From the NCBI RefSeq assembly GCF_963921235.1, contig NC_086097.1, positions 234,548,001 through 234,612,000 on the forward strand: DNA of 64,000 bases, read 5' to 3'. Position numbers and translations under genes: made by a program. Positions 36,425 to 49,989 of the stretch are shown here, in pieces. This stretch comes from Mobula hypostoma (lineage: Eukaryota). The notes beneath the pieces are model-generated. The model did not search any database, was not told the DNA's origin, and was given only the letters and a program-made list of their open reading frames with translations. Position 1 is the stretch's first letter; every line of letters starts with the position of its first letter.

Positions 36425-37965
36425 AAATCAGAATCAGAATCAGGTTTAATATCACTGGCATATGAGGTGAATTTTATTGTCTTTGTGGCAGCAGTACAAT
36501 GCAATATATAATAATAAAAATCTGTGGATCACTACAGTTATATGTATATTAAATAGTTAAATTAAATAAGTAGTACAAAAATAGAAACAGAAGTAGCAGT
36601 GAGGCAGTCTTCAATGGGTTCAATGTCTATTCAGTAATTGGATGGCAGAGGAGACGAAGCTGTTCCTGAACCTTTGTGTGTGTGCTTTCAGGCTTCTGTA
36701 CCTCCTTCCCGATGGTAGCAATGGAAACAAGGCATGACCTGGGTGATGGGGGTCCTTAATGATGGACGCTGCCTTTTTGAGGCACCGGTCCTTGAAGATT
36801 TCCAGGTTACTACGGAATCTAGTGCCTACAATGGAGTTGACTGAGCTTACAATTCTCTGCAGTTTATTTCAATACTGTTCAGTAGACCCCCCACCCCCAC
36901 CCATCCCCATACCAGAGAGTGATGCAGCCAATTAGAATATTCTCCAAGGTACATCTGTAGAAACGTGTGAATGCTTTTGGTGACGTACCAAATCTCCTTA
37001 AATTCCTAATGAAGTATAACTGCCGGCATGTCTTCTTTGTAGCTGTTTCGATATGTTGGGTCTACGTTAGATCCTCGGAGATAGCCAGCCAGGAACTTGA
37101 AATTGCTCACTCTTTACATTTCTGATCCCTCTTTGAGGAATGGCGTGTGCTCCCTTGACTTCCCCCTTCCTGAAGTCCACAAGCAGTTCTTAGATCTTAC
37201 TGTCGTTGAGTGTAAGCTTGTTGCTGCAATATCACTCAAATTGCTGATATATCTCGCTCCACTACACCCTCTCGTCACCATCTGAAATTCTGCCAACAAT
37301 AGTCATATCGTCAGCAAATTTGTAGATGGCATTTGAGCTGTGCCTAGCCATACAGTCATGGGTGAGAGAGAGTAAAGCACACATCCCTGAGGTGTGCCAG
37401 TGCTGATCGTCAACGAGGTGGCGATGCCAGTTTTGATCCACACAGAATCTTAGGGTTGTATTCTGCATGCATACATTGATAATATATATGTTTTGAATCT
37501 TTGAATCATTGACATGAAATTGTTCTGTCACAGCAATAGAGGTCAATAGCATAAAAATAAGTACATTACAGAATTAAATAAATAATGCAAAATGGAATAG
37601 CAAGGTTGTGTTTGTGGGTTCATGGACAGTTCAGAAGTCTGTTGGAGGTGAGGAAGAAGATGGTGCTGAGTATGTGTTTTCAGGCTCCTGTACCTTCTCC
37701 CTAATTTTAGGAATGAGAAGAGGGCATGTCCTGGGTGGTTAGGGTCCTTAATTATGGATGCCATCTCCTTGAGACAACACCTCGTGAAGATGCCATTGAT
37801 AATGAGGAGGATTGTGCTCATGATGGAGCTGGTTACGTGTACAACCCTCTGCAGCCTCTTGTAAAGCTATGCATTGGATCCTCCATAACAGGCTGTGATG
37901 CCACTGGTCAAAGTGTTCTCCACTGTACATCCATGGAAATTTAAAAGAGTCTTTGTTGATATTGG
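36425..37965 (-). mobile_element. Two adjacent degenerate Rex1/Babar-like fragments
   Basis: (aatcag)n tail at 36425; YKFADDMTIVGRI; IIKDPNHPGHALFS. Confidence 0.8.
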
Positions 37966-38029
37966 GTAGATTTAAATCAGAGGTTGCAATTTTCTTGATT
38001 AGTAAGAGTGTCAAAAGAGGGACTGGTGG

Positions 38030-38422
38030 AATAGACAATAGAGAATAGACAATAGACAATAGGTGCAGGAGTCGGCCATTCGGCCCTTCGAGTCAGCACT
38101 GCCATTCACTGTGATCATGGCTGATCATCTACAATCAGTACCCCGTTCCTGCCTTCTCCCCATATCCCTTGACTCCGCTATCATTAAGAGATCTATCTAA
38201 CTCTTTCTTGAAGGCATCCAGAGAATTGGCCTCTACTGCCTTCTGAGGCAGAGCATTCCACAGATCCACCACTCTCTGGGTGAAAAAGTTTTTCCTCAAC
38301 TGTGTTCTAAATTGCCTGCCCCTTATTCTCAAATTGTGGCTTCTGGTTCTGGACTCCCCCAATATTGGGAACATGTTTCCTGCCTCTAGCGTGTCCAATC
38401 CCTTAATAATCTTATGTTTCAA
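38030..38422 (-). mobile_element. CR1 3' fragment
   Basis: ORF 38135-38422 KNFFTQRVVDLWNALP; (aatagac)n tail. Confidence 0.88.
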
Positions 38423-39254
38423 CCAGAATGGAATGATGAAGCTGACTTAATGTGCCAAATGGACCCATTCTGCAGCTATGTCTTATAGTCTTATACCAAT
38501 TCTCCTCAAACTCCTAACCAAGTGGAGCCATGAAAGGGAAGCTCCAAAGAGCAGTAGGCAGGGTCAAATATACCAGTCATCAAAGTCAGGATTTCAGAGG
38601 TCGGGAGGCTGCTTCTGATAGCCCTCAGGAATGGTCACAGGTGTAATGCATGTGGGAACTGCAGAGGGCATCGAATAAAGTCGTTGCATCCATCAATGTT
38701 TTCAAACAGCCAACAACATTCCTGTGTTTCCATGGGCTACAGCAGTATTACCTGCTGGAAATACCAGACCACGCAATAATACATTTTACACAACCTGGGA
38801 AGAGCATTGACAGAGGAAAGCATCCATTTTGTCTGTTCATTGAAAACCAAAGAAAGCAAAGAATGGACATGTGGAAAATAAATCATGAAGGATAAGTGTC
38901 CAAAACGAAGACAAAAAATGTGATTCTTATCAAAAAGTTGGAGGGTTTGGAAGGAAGATCCAGAAATTAGATCTCATTAATAGGTGTCACTAAAACTAGA
39001 TTGCAGAGAGAGGAAAGTATGAGATTGCAATAAGTTTTACCTGGGGAGGAATACAGCACTTTGGTACAGAAGAATATCATGGAGACAGGGAGGAAACTAT
39101 GTAAAAGTTGGTATTTCAAGACTAATCACTAACACTAGCAAAAATGGTATATTGGAAAAGATGAGAGGAAAGTTGAATCAGCCATGATGAAATGGCAGAG
39201 CAGACACAATGGGATAATTGTCCTAATTATACCTTACTGTCTTTTGGTCTCAAA

Positions 39255-39332
39255 ACCTCTAATAAATTCATGAGCTAATAAATTCATTTACCTCTAATAA
39301 ACCTCTAATAAAACCTCTAATAAATTCATTTA
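39255..39332. repeat. Short tandem repeat (cctctaataaa-like)
   Basis: Several near-perfect ctctaataaa units. Confidence 0.7.
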
Positions 39333-41829
39333 CTAGAATAGATAATGGAATGAGATGAAGACAACTGTGGAGCAACCAAGTATGACCATTGCCCAGTAAA
39401 TGTTGAGATTCTCTGGTGTAAGTTAGATGAAATTTGGGCAGAAGTGGGTGAGGTAACCTTAAGTCTGTGATTGGGAAACATGGGACCAGAGCTTAACGTA
39501 GGATTGAATGCATTAGGTTTGAACAACATGGGACCATGATTGAGGAGTGAAATGCCTTCAATACAAAATTGGTTTCAGAGAATAACTGAATATTCACATT
39601 TGTTTAAAGTCAAGATAGCTATAAGCCACCTAAAAATGAATGCCTGATCAACAGTTTGAAAGGGCGGAGTAGATAGAGTATTTGTAATGCCTATGTTTCT
39701 GCACGATGCCAATAATGTCAGCATTTACATGAAAAAAGTGTAGAGGTCTAAGGATTGGTACATGGAAACCCCTCAAATGGTTGGATAAAGGTGAAAAAGG
39801 AAACTGTTTGTGTAAATACACTTAGCTATAATCAGACTGCTGAAAAATGAGCCATTTCTGGTGTTGGACTCCATTTGCAGCCCTGTGTTATTTCGGTCAA
39901 GAATAATTCCAAAATACAGCAATAAAACAGGGGAAGCTGAAAATACTCTGAAGCTTTAGCTCCCACTGAAAGGAAATGGATGGAGATGTACTAACTATTA
40001 GCTCGGTTTCATTCTTCCCAGATGCTACCTCACCTTGAAGGCATTTCCAGCATTCTCTATTTCAAAATCAAATCCCCAAGTCACTTCTGCATGGCACTGA
40101 ATGAACCCTCGTGTAAACAAGGGTAGCACCTCTACTTATTTGAGTTACCAACTTTCAGTTTCCCTGATGCAAAAGAATCATTTGGAATTGAATTTTTCAC
40201 TTGACATCTTTTAATTAGAAAGGGAAAAAGGACACAAATAACCTTGTTGTACCAAACTAGGGACAGGATGAAATTCTGTCGTTATAACCACGGTTCCAGT
40301 TTCAGAATAAACAATTTCACAGTGAGGTGGCTTGAAGAAATACTCTGGAGTCATTATTGCAGCACACAACGCATACAGTAATCAAGTATTCATCACTGTG
40401 GAAATGGTCTGAAAACGATGAATGTCAGAGATTTTTCAAGCACAGTCTACTGATCCTGCCAGTCAGCTGTAGTTTAAAACAGTAGTTTCAGCAGAATAAA
40501 TCGATTCGATTTCCTATTTCATCTGATGATGCTAAACTCATCCCTACTTGTCTGACGTATGTAGGTGCCCTTTGCTTCAAATTTTACCCCCCCCCCGTCA
40601 GTTAGAAAAATAATAGACTTCCACCTCATATCGACTATGAAGATGATGTCTTGTCACCCATGGCCAATAGACATCACAGAGTGTAACAAATACAAAGGAA
40701 TGGAGAGAAATGAGCTCCTGGTCACGTATTACTAGTTCATTATACCATTCAGCAGAGAATATGCCTAGAACAACATTTATATAGGTAGCTTGAGCTAAAT
40801 CAATATTGATTTTAATTAGAATAAATAATGTTTGTAACAGACATACTGTTCACAATCATATCATTTTTTTAAGTCTAGAGATTTCAAAAGTCATTTTGTC
40901 TTTCAATATATATTTTTAAAAATCCATGTCAATTCCAATATTCACCATTGTAATGGGTTGGGTTGATGAGACCCAAGCTATTTGAGTGCCCAGGACATGT
41001 GGCAATAAGCGTACAAGCTCAACAAAGTAACTTAAGCCTAATTTATTATCATAAGATAGAAAACACAAACAAGTCAGAAAAAAAAATACTACATAGCAAG
41101 CCACAAAGATTTCCAAAAGATTTCATGGCTCACATTTCTTAGTCAGCACTTGATTGTTGCTGTTGTTGGGGAACTCCGAATTCCGACTCACTCATGAAAC
41201 CACTCCTGGGTCTCAGGCACTGATCACAATTTCCAGCCCTTAGTTGATGCTCAATGAAACAGGGAAAGGCACCCCAATAAGTATAAGTTCCACATGCACA
41301 TAGAGACACAGGAACAGACAAAATATTTGTTTTTTTTGTCTCAATACAAGCTGTTTTTTTTCTCAAACACATCCTGTGTCAATTAATGCAGATTTCAGTG
41401 TACCTTCATAAATCAATTAGACACTTTAATGGTCACTCTCCGTTATCTCATAACATACAACATCCCTTTGGACTTACAAGAGTCCACCTATCTACTTATT
41501 TACTAATGGGTTCATATAAGTGATAAGCTTGAATCCAAATGAATCTATCACCCTAGCTCTCAAAGTGACCAATAGGTATTAACAGACATTAACAGACCTA
41601 CAGTGTTTACCTTGTACAGACACTTCACAGACATTACCCACTAACAGATCCCACGTGCTAAGAGTCCAGAAAGTGTTAAATTGTCATTTTACTCTCCAGA
41701 CATTCATCCATTCAATGATTTTACAAAATTTAATGTAACAAAACAATTTAATATGACATAATCTGTGAAATTATGAAGTAACATTGATAAATATAAGCAC
41801 AAATATTAAAAAGATTAGCTTAATTTCTG

Positions 41830-43190
41830 ACATATATGTCACACCATATAGTAAAATGTGTTGTTAGCATCAAATCAAATAAGTGTATAATATACTGGGC
41901 AGCCCACAAGAGTTGCCACATTTCTGGCACTAGCATTGCATCCCGCAACTCATTAACCCTAACCGTATATCTTTGGAATGTAGGAGGAAGCTGGAGTACC
42001 TGGAGGAAACCCATGCAGTCAGGTGGAGAACATAAAACTCCTTACAGACAGCGGCAGAAATGAACCTCAAACTTGACAGCTGATGCTGTAACGTGATGCA
42101 TTATCTGCTATGCTGCCATGCCACTATATTTTAATATAAAACAAAGTCAGAAAGCCTAAAATTAGGATAACCATCAAAGTTTTCTATTTCATGTCATTAA
42201 AAAAACAACGTTCTAACCAAACATAAACGTGGCTGAAACTTAAACAAAAGGACACTTAAACAAAATTAAGGAACTTATCCAACTGCTCTGAGACAGAAAA
42301 CCTCCTTTTCATCTTGTATTTAAATAATACCAGATTCATTCATTATTGCTTGCATTGTGACGGAACTCCCCAGACCCAAACATCTATCAAAGCCCGTTGT
42401 TTTGGATATGAGAGCTAACCATCTGATGATATTCCTCAAAGTTTTAATATGACTCAATGTCCTTAAATGACTGCTGTCTTGAACCTTGTCAGGACTAAAC
42501 TGGTGATGTCTTTGATTCATGACTTTGAAGAGTTAAAAGCAAGCCGCAATATGTGGACTCTCATATTCTGCCTGGGTAGAGAGAGATTTGCTTCATTTGT
42601 CACATGTACATCATAACATCAGAATATACAGTGAAACAACAATTTACAATGATCAATTAACCTAACAACTAGTACATTTTTGGACTGTGGGAGGAAACAG
42701 GAGCACCTGGAGGAAACCACTGTGGTCATGGTATAAACTCCTTACAGGCAGCTCCTCCATTTGACTCCATCTGTTAATAATCCTCTCCTCACTTGGTTCA
42801 CCTGCCAACTGCTGTGCATCTCCCCTTGTCACCCACTTACACAGGCTATCTCCACTGATTCAGGATCTTGAAGGTCAATGTTCAAAGTAAATTGATTATT
42901 TATTTACAAAGATACAGTGCATAGTAGGCCCTTCCAACCCTCCAAGCCACACCGCCAAACAATCCCCCAATTTTAATCCCAGCCTAATCTCGGGACAATT
43001 TACAATGACCAATTAACCTACTAACTGGTACATCTTTGGACTGCGGGAGGAAATTGGAGAACCCAGAGGAAACCCACATGGTCATGGGGAGAATTTACAA
43101 ACTCCTTACAGGCTGTGACAAGAATTCAACCGGGGTCACTGGTACCGTAAAATGTTCCGCTAACCACTACGCTACCAGGTCGCCCCAACT
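41830..43190 (-). mobile_element. Three HE1/V-SINE-like copies (about 41960-42125, 42640-42750, 42895-43185) with unique spacers
   Basis: Repeated ggaggaaa..ggag.acc.ggaggaaaccc...aaactccttaca block. Confidence 0.7.
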
Positions 43191-43611
43191 ACACTACCAT
43201 GCTGCCTCTTTATTTATTGAAGTACGTTTATGTCACCATATACAAATCTGAGGAGCATTTTCTTGCGGGCGTACTCAGTAAACCCAAGAAACTCTTTGGA
43301 TCAAGGAGACAGCGGTAAGAGGCTAAGAATTTCCAGCGAGAAGACACTTTATTTCTCGGAGTAGGAGAGAGGCCAGACTGCGCAGGCACGTGACGACAGC
43401 CAGTTGAGCGCGAACAGTTTAAAAAGAAAATCGCCATTTCCAGCGGGCAGCGTCGGAGCGGGTTTTGGAGTGAGAGGGTACAGAGTGAAAGGGCTTTGAC
43501 TCAACGGGCTTCGGCGGAGACAGGAAGAGGCTTCCTGCAACCGTTGAGTCTCATAGTAACGGAGTAAGTTACAGTTTTTTGGTATTTAGTACAAACAGTA
43601 GCACTAGAGGT

Positions 43612-44445
43612 ATGCATCTAGGATTAGTGTTGTGCTTGGAGAATCCCAGCCGCCCCAAGGATTACATCTGCACCAGGTGCACTGAGATGAGGCTCCTGAA
43701 GGACTGTGTTAAGGAGCTGGAGATGGAAATTGATGACCTTCGGCTAATTAGGGAAAGTGAGGAGGTGATAGATACTACCTATAGAGAGGTAGTGGAGAGC
43801 ACACCAGTGACAGTCCCCCTCAGAAATCGATATATCGTTTTGGATTCTGTTGAAGAGGCAGACCTGACAGAGGAGGACCACAGTGAACAAGACTCTGGCA
43901 TTCTGCCCAGTGCCGAAATCAACAGAGCAAGAAGAAATGCGGTAGTTATAGGGGACTCCATCGTAAGGGGGACGGACAAGAGATTCTGCGAGCCGGACAA
44001 GGATACCTGGATTGTGTGTTGCCTCCCTGGTGCCCAGGTACAGGATGTCTCGGATCGAGTCCAGAGTATTCTGAGGAGAGAGGGCGAGCAGCCGGAAGAC
44101 TTGGTACATGTCGGTACCAATGGTATAGACAGAAAAAGAGAGGAGGTCCTGAAGAAAGATTACTGGGAGCTAGGAAGAAAATTGAAAAGCCGGACTTCCA
44201 GAGTAATAATATCAGGATTGCTGCCTGAGCTGCGTGCTAATGATGGTAAGAATAGCAGAATTAAGCAGATGAATGTGTGGCTGAGTAACTGGTGAAGGGG
44301 GCAGGGCTTCAAATTCTTGAATCATTGGGATCTATTTTGGGGAAGGTATGACTTACACAAAAAAGATGGATTACACCTGAACTCAAAAGGTACTATTATC
44401 CTGGCGGGATTGTTTAATATAGCTGTTAGGGAGGGTTTAAACTAA
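43612..44445 (+). pseudogene. CR1 ORF1 (esterase type) with deletions and a stop at 44293-44295
   Basis: CTRC, VIGDSIVRG, CLPGA, VHVGTN. Confidence 0.85.
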
Positions 44446-44546
44446 GCTGGCAAGGAGAAGGAAACCAAAGTGCTAGGGTCGAGGAAGAGGAAAATAGAAA
44501 TAAGTCAAAAATACTGTGCAGCAAATATCGCAAGAAGGTCAGGCCG

Positions 44547-47400
44547 GTGAATATACAGGAAAATTTACTGCAAAATAGAAATATAGCAAAATCGACAACA
44601 GATACTGATCTAAATGTACTGTACTTAAATGCAAGCAGCATTAGAAATAAAGTGGATGACTTTGCTGCACAGCTGCAGGTTAAAAGGTATGACATTGTGG
44701 CCATCACCGAGTCATGGCTAAATGATGGATGTGATCGGGAGCTGAATATCCCAGGATACACAGTGTACAGGAAGGATAGGAAGGTAGGTAAAGGGGGTGG
44801 CGTGGCCCTGATGGTAAGTAACGATATCAAATCAATAGAAAGAATGGACATAGGATCAGAAAGGGTAGAATCCTTATGGGTAGAATTAAGAAATGACAAG
44901 GGTAAAAAGACACTAATAGCAGTTATACACAGGCCTCCAAACAGCAGCCGGGATGTGGACTACAAGTTGCAGCTGGAAATAGAAAAAGCGTGTCAGAAGG
45001 AAAATGTCAAGATAATTATGGGGGATTTTAATATGAAAGTGGATTGGGAAAGTCAGGGAGGTAATGGATCTCAGGAGAGGGAGTTTGTAGAATGCCTACA
45101 GGATGGGTTTTTGGAGCAGCTTGTCCAGAAGCCCACCAGGTGACCGGCTGTTTTGGATTGGGTGCTGTGTAACGAACCTGAGGCGATTAGGGAGCTGGAG
45201 GTAAAGGAACCTCTTGGAAGTAGCGATCATAATATGATTGAGTTCAGTTTCAAATTTGAAAAGGAGAAGCTGGTATCAGGTGTATCGATATTTCAGTGGA
45301 ACAGGAGAAATTACAGTGGTATGAGAGAGGAACTGGCCCAAGTCAATTGGAAAAGTAAGCTAAATGGAGGGACGGCAGAGCAGAATTGAATGAAATTCCT
45401 ACAAGAAATAAGGAAAATGCAGGAAAAATATATTCCAAGAAAAAAGAAAATCATGAATGACACAAATGTGGCTAACGAGAGAGGTTAAGGCAAAAATAAA
45501 AGCAAAAGAGACGGTGTACAAGGAAGCAAAAATTAGGTGGAAAAATGAGGACTGGAAGACTTTTAAAAACTTACAGAAGGAAACTAAGAAAGTCATTAGG
45601 AAAGAAAAGATGAATTATGAAAGGAAGTTGGTGATTAACATAAAAAAGGATACTAAGAGTTTTTTAAAAATATATGAAGAGTAAAAGAGTGACAAGGGTA
45701 GATACGGGACCGATTGAAAATGATGCTGAAGAAATTATAATGGATAACAAAGAGATGACGGAGGAACTGAATGAGTATTTTGCATCAGTCTTCACAGTGG
45801 AAGACATGAGCAATATACCTGATAGCCAGAAGTATCAGGGAATAGAATTAGGTACAGTCAAGATTACTAGAGAGAAAGTGCTTGGGAAGCTAAGTGGACT
45901 AAGAATAGATAAGTCTCCCGGTCTGGATGAGGTGCACCCAAGGGTTCTGAAGGAAGTGGCTTTGGAGATTGTGGAAGCATTGGAAATAATCTTCCAGTAA
46001 TCAATAGACTCTGGCATGGTTCTGGAGGACTGGAAGGTCGCAAATGTAGTTCCATTATTTAAGAAAGGAATGAGGCAGCAAAAAGAAAATTACAGCCTAT
46101 TAGTCTGACATCGATAGTTGGAAGGATATTGGAGTCAATCCTCAAGGACGAGGTTATGAAATACCTCGAGGTGCATGACAAGATAGGCCAAAGCCAGCAT
46201 GGTTTCATGAAGGGAAGATCCTGCCTCACCAACCTATTGGAATTTTTTGAGGTAATCTCGAATAAGATTGACAAGGGAGAGGCAGTGGATGTTGTGTATT
46301 TGGATTTTCAAAAGGCTTTCGATAAGGTGCTGCATATGAGGCTGCTTAATAAGATGAGAGCCCATGGAATTATAGGAAAGATATTCAAATGGGTGGAGCA
46401 TTGGCTGATAGGCAGAAAGCAAAGGGTGGGAATAAAGGGATCCTATTCTGGTTGGTTGCCGGTTACTAGTGGTGTTCCGCAGGGGTCGGTGTTGAGGCCG
46501 CTTCTTTTTACGATGTATATCGATGATTCGGATTATGGATTAAATGGTTTTGTGGCTAAATTTGCGGATGACACCAAGATAGGTGGAGGAGCAGGAAATG
46601 TTGAAGAAACGGAAAGGTTGCAGGAGAGACTTAGTCAGTTTAGGAGAGTGGGCAAAGAAATGGCAGATGAGATACAACGTTGACAAGTGTACGGTTGTAC
46701 ATTTCGGAAGAAGAAATAATCGGGCAGATTATTATTTAGATGAGGAGAAAATTCAAAAATCGGAAGTGCAAAGGGACTTAGGGGTCCTCGTGCAGGATAC
46801 CCTAAAGGTTAACCACCAAGTTGGATTGGCGGTAAGGAAAGCGAATGCTATGTTGGCATTCATTTCAAGAGGAATAGTGTATAAGGGTAAGGAGGTGTTG
46901 ATGAGGCTCTATGGGGCATTAGTGAGACCTCATTTGGAATACTGTGTGCAGTTTTGGGCCCACTATCAAAGAAAGGATGTACTGATGTTGGAGAGAGTTC
47001 AGAGAAGATTTACGAGGATGGTTCCTGGAATGCAGGGGCTAACATATGAGGAGCATCTGTCGGCTCTTGGATTATACTCATTAGAGTATAGAAGAATGAG
47101 AGGGGATCTCGTAGAAACATTTCGAATGTTGAAAGGGTTGGACAGAGTAAATGTGGAAAGGTTGTTTCCCTTGGTGGGTGAGTCCTGGACAAGAGGCCAT
47201 AGTCTTAGACTTAGAGGATACCCAGTTAAAACAGAGATGAGAGAAATTTTTTTAGCCAGAGGGTCGTGGATTTGTGGAATTCATTGCCACATACAGCTGT
47301 GGAGGCCCGATCATTGAGGGTGTTCAAGGAGGAGATTGACAGGTATCTAATTAGTCAGGGGATCAAGGGATATGGGGAAAAAGCCAGAAATTGGAACTAG
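44547..47400 (+). pseudogene. CR1 ORF2 (APE plus RT), disrupted
   Basis: Seven ORF fragments carrying YLNA, ITESW, GDFN, SDH, DFQKAFDKV, VPQGSVL, FADD. Confidence 0.9.
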
Positions 47401-47503
47401 ATGGGTGAATAGTTTAGCTCATGGGGGAACTGCGGAGCAGACTCGATGGGCTGAATGGCCTACTTCTGCTCCTTTGTCTTGTGATCTTGTGATCTTGTGA
47501 AAC

Positions 47504-48560
47504 ATAATTGAATTAACCGTACCCAACCGGACAGACAAAAAACTAATGTGCAAAAGACAACAAACTGCAAAGACAAGAGAAAAACAAAAGAAATAATAGT
47601 AATATATAAATAGGCAATAAACTTTGAGAATATGAGGATGAAGAGTCCTTGAAAATGAGTCCATTGGCTTTGGTAACAGATCAGTGATGGGGTGAGTGAA
47701 GTTGAGTGAAATAATTCCCTCTGGTTTAAAAGCCTGATGTTCGAGGGGTAATAACTGCTCCTGAACCTGCTGATGCACACTCTGAGGCTCCTGTACCTTT
47801 TTCCTCATGGCAGCAGTGAGAGGAGAGCATGGCCTGGGTGGTGAGGTTCCCTGGCAGCACTCCATGTAAATGTGCTCAGTGGAGAGTTGGGCTTTACCCA
47901 TGATAGACTGAGGTGTATACACTACTTTTTGTTGGAATTTCTGTTTAAGGGCATTGGTGTTTGTATACCAGGCCATGACGCAACCAGTCAATATACTCTT
48001 CACTACACATCTCTAGACATTTGTCGAAGTTTTAGATGTCATGATGAACCTTTGCTAACTTCTAAGGAAGTAGAGGCACTGCAATGCTGTCTTTGTAATT
48101 GTATTTACATGCTGGACCCAGGTAAAATCCTCTGAAATGATAACACCAAGGTACGTAAGGTTGCTGACTCTCTCCTCCTCTGATCCACCAATGAAGACTG
48201 GCTTATGGACCTCTGGTCTCCCTCCGCTGAAGTCAATAATCAGGTCCTTGGTCCTGTTGACATTGAGTTCAAGGTCGTTGTTGTGGCACCACTCAGCCAG
48301 ATTTTCAGTCTCCTTTCCACATGCTGTTTTGTCACCACCTTTGATTTGTCTAATGGCAGTGATGTTGTCAGCAAACATAAATATGACTTTGGAGCTGTGC
48401 TTGACTTCAAAGTCATAAGTGTAAACCAAGTTGAGCAGGGGGCTAAGCAGACAGACTTACGGTGCACCTGCGCTGATGGAGCTTGTGCAGGAGATGCTGT
48501 TGCCAATCCAAACTGACTGAGATCTTCAAGTGAGGGAATTGAGAGTCCAATTGCACAAGC
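47504..48560 (-). mobile_element. Degenerate Rex1/Babar-like LINE (host of CR1 copy B; tail at about 43205-43290)
   Basis: ORF 48055-48429 FADNIT..WCHNNDLELNVNRTKDLIIDF; sequence is continuous across the TSD. Confidence 0.8.
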
Positions 48561-48769
48561 ACCTGAAATATCAATTGCTCTTCTGCCTTCAGAGATGATG
48601 CCGGATCTCCTGAGTTCCTCTGACATTCATCTTCCCTCTCAGTTCCAGCGTCTGCACTCTCTTGTGTCTCAGGGCCGAAGAGTTTGTTAATGTTGGTCGT
48701 CTCCCACCACAATCCATAGTTAATTTAAATTTACTGTTTATTATAGTACATAATACATACTTAAGATTT

Positions 48770-49030
48770 TATTTATTTATTTATGGCGTTAGAGTGTGGA
48801 ATAGGCCCTTCTAGCTCTTTGAGCCAGCTGCCCAGCAACACCCAATTGAACCCTTGCATAATCATGGGACAATTTATAATGACCAATTAACCTACTACCT
48901 GGCATGTCTTCGGACTGTGGGATACCCATGCAGTCACAGGGAGAACGTAGAAACTCCTTACAGGCAGCGGTGGGAATTGAACCTGTGTCATCTGTACTGT
49001 AAAGTGTTGTGCTACCCCAAAGTTTATGCC
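48770..49030 (-). mobile_element. HE1/V-SINE-like copy
   Basis: gggacaatttataatgaccaattaacctac...aaactccttacaggcagcgg. Confidence 0.7.
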
Positions 49031-49989
49031 ACTTAATTAAAATTCATGGGGATCCTTGAAATGCTTAGAGGCTTGATGCTTGATATATATATATATATAT
49101 AATGATTAGAGGCTGTATATATTTCTTGGTCTTCTCTCAATGATCTATGCTGTAAATATTGTTTTATGCACACTGGTTGGTGCAGTCTTTCATTGATTCT
49201 CTCTTGGTTATTGGATTTAATGAATATGCCCGCAAGAAAATTAACCTCAGGTTTTTATATGGTGACATATATGTAATTTGATAATTAATTTACTTTGAAC
49301 TTTAAACTTTTGAAATTTGAAGTCTATCAGATCTTAACATAGCTGCATTGGGCCAATAGAGAAGGCACTGTTATTGCAGGAAAATCCAGGATTTAATGGC
49401 ATGAATGTAAGATACTTACTAATGACTACAGTAAAAAATTCAAGAGGATCATCTTTATCGATGGAATAGTGAGAAGATGGATTTTGGAAGATGGAGTGGT
49501 TGAGATGAACAGCCTATATGATTAACGAACCTGTTATATCGGATATGAGTTGCATTGGTTAGGAGAGGACAACCAATGAGAGGCTATCATGAATAACGTG
49601 AAATGAGTCTCACCCAAAGCATGAATATTGGTATAAACTCTGCAGAATTACCTGTTTGTGCACAATAATAATAAAAGTCAACAAGATCCAGAGGAACTTA
49701 ATGATACATAGACCAACATGGATAGAAAATATTGTATTGTTTTTATTCTGACTCATGTATTAGTCATATAACAGACAACTGCTGGGATTAAAACCATAAC
49801 CAACTGCTTTAGCACTCTAACGTCAATTTATATGGCTTCCACTAACAAAGTGTGTCATGTTTGGGTTGTACCTGCTGAGTTCATTATTGTATTCTGATGA
49901 TATGAGGTAAAAGTTAGATTGAATTTGATATTAAGGGTATACCTTAACAACAAAAGAAGTCTTTGCAGTAAAGACTAACAAAAAAAATC

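Larger units (their letters stand above)
43293..47498 (+). mobile_element. Full-length CR1 LINE (copy B), related to copy A
   Basis: TSD GAAAC (43288-43292, 47499-47503); 5' UTR shares motifs with copy A; ORF1 and ORF2; (tcttgtga)n tail. Confidence 0.94.

Noticed and set aside
41139..41372. 77-aa minus-strand ORF with a poly-Q end
   Set aside because: The poly-Q comes from a short (ttg/ctg) repeat; no domain or splice support
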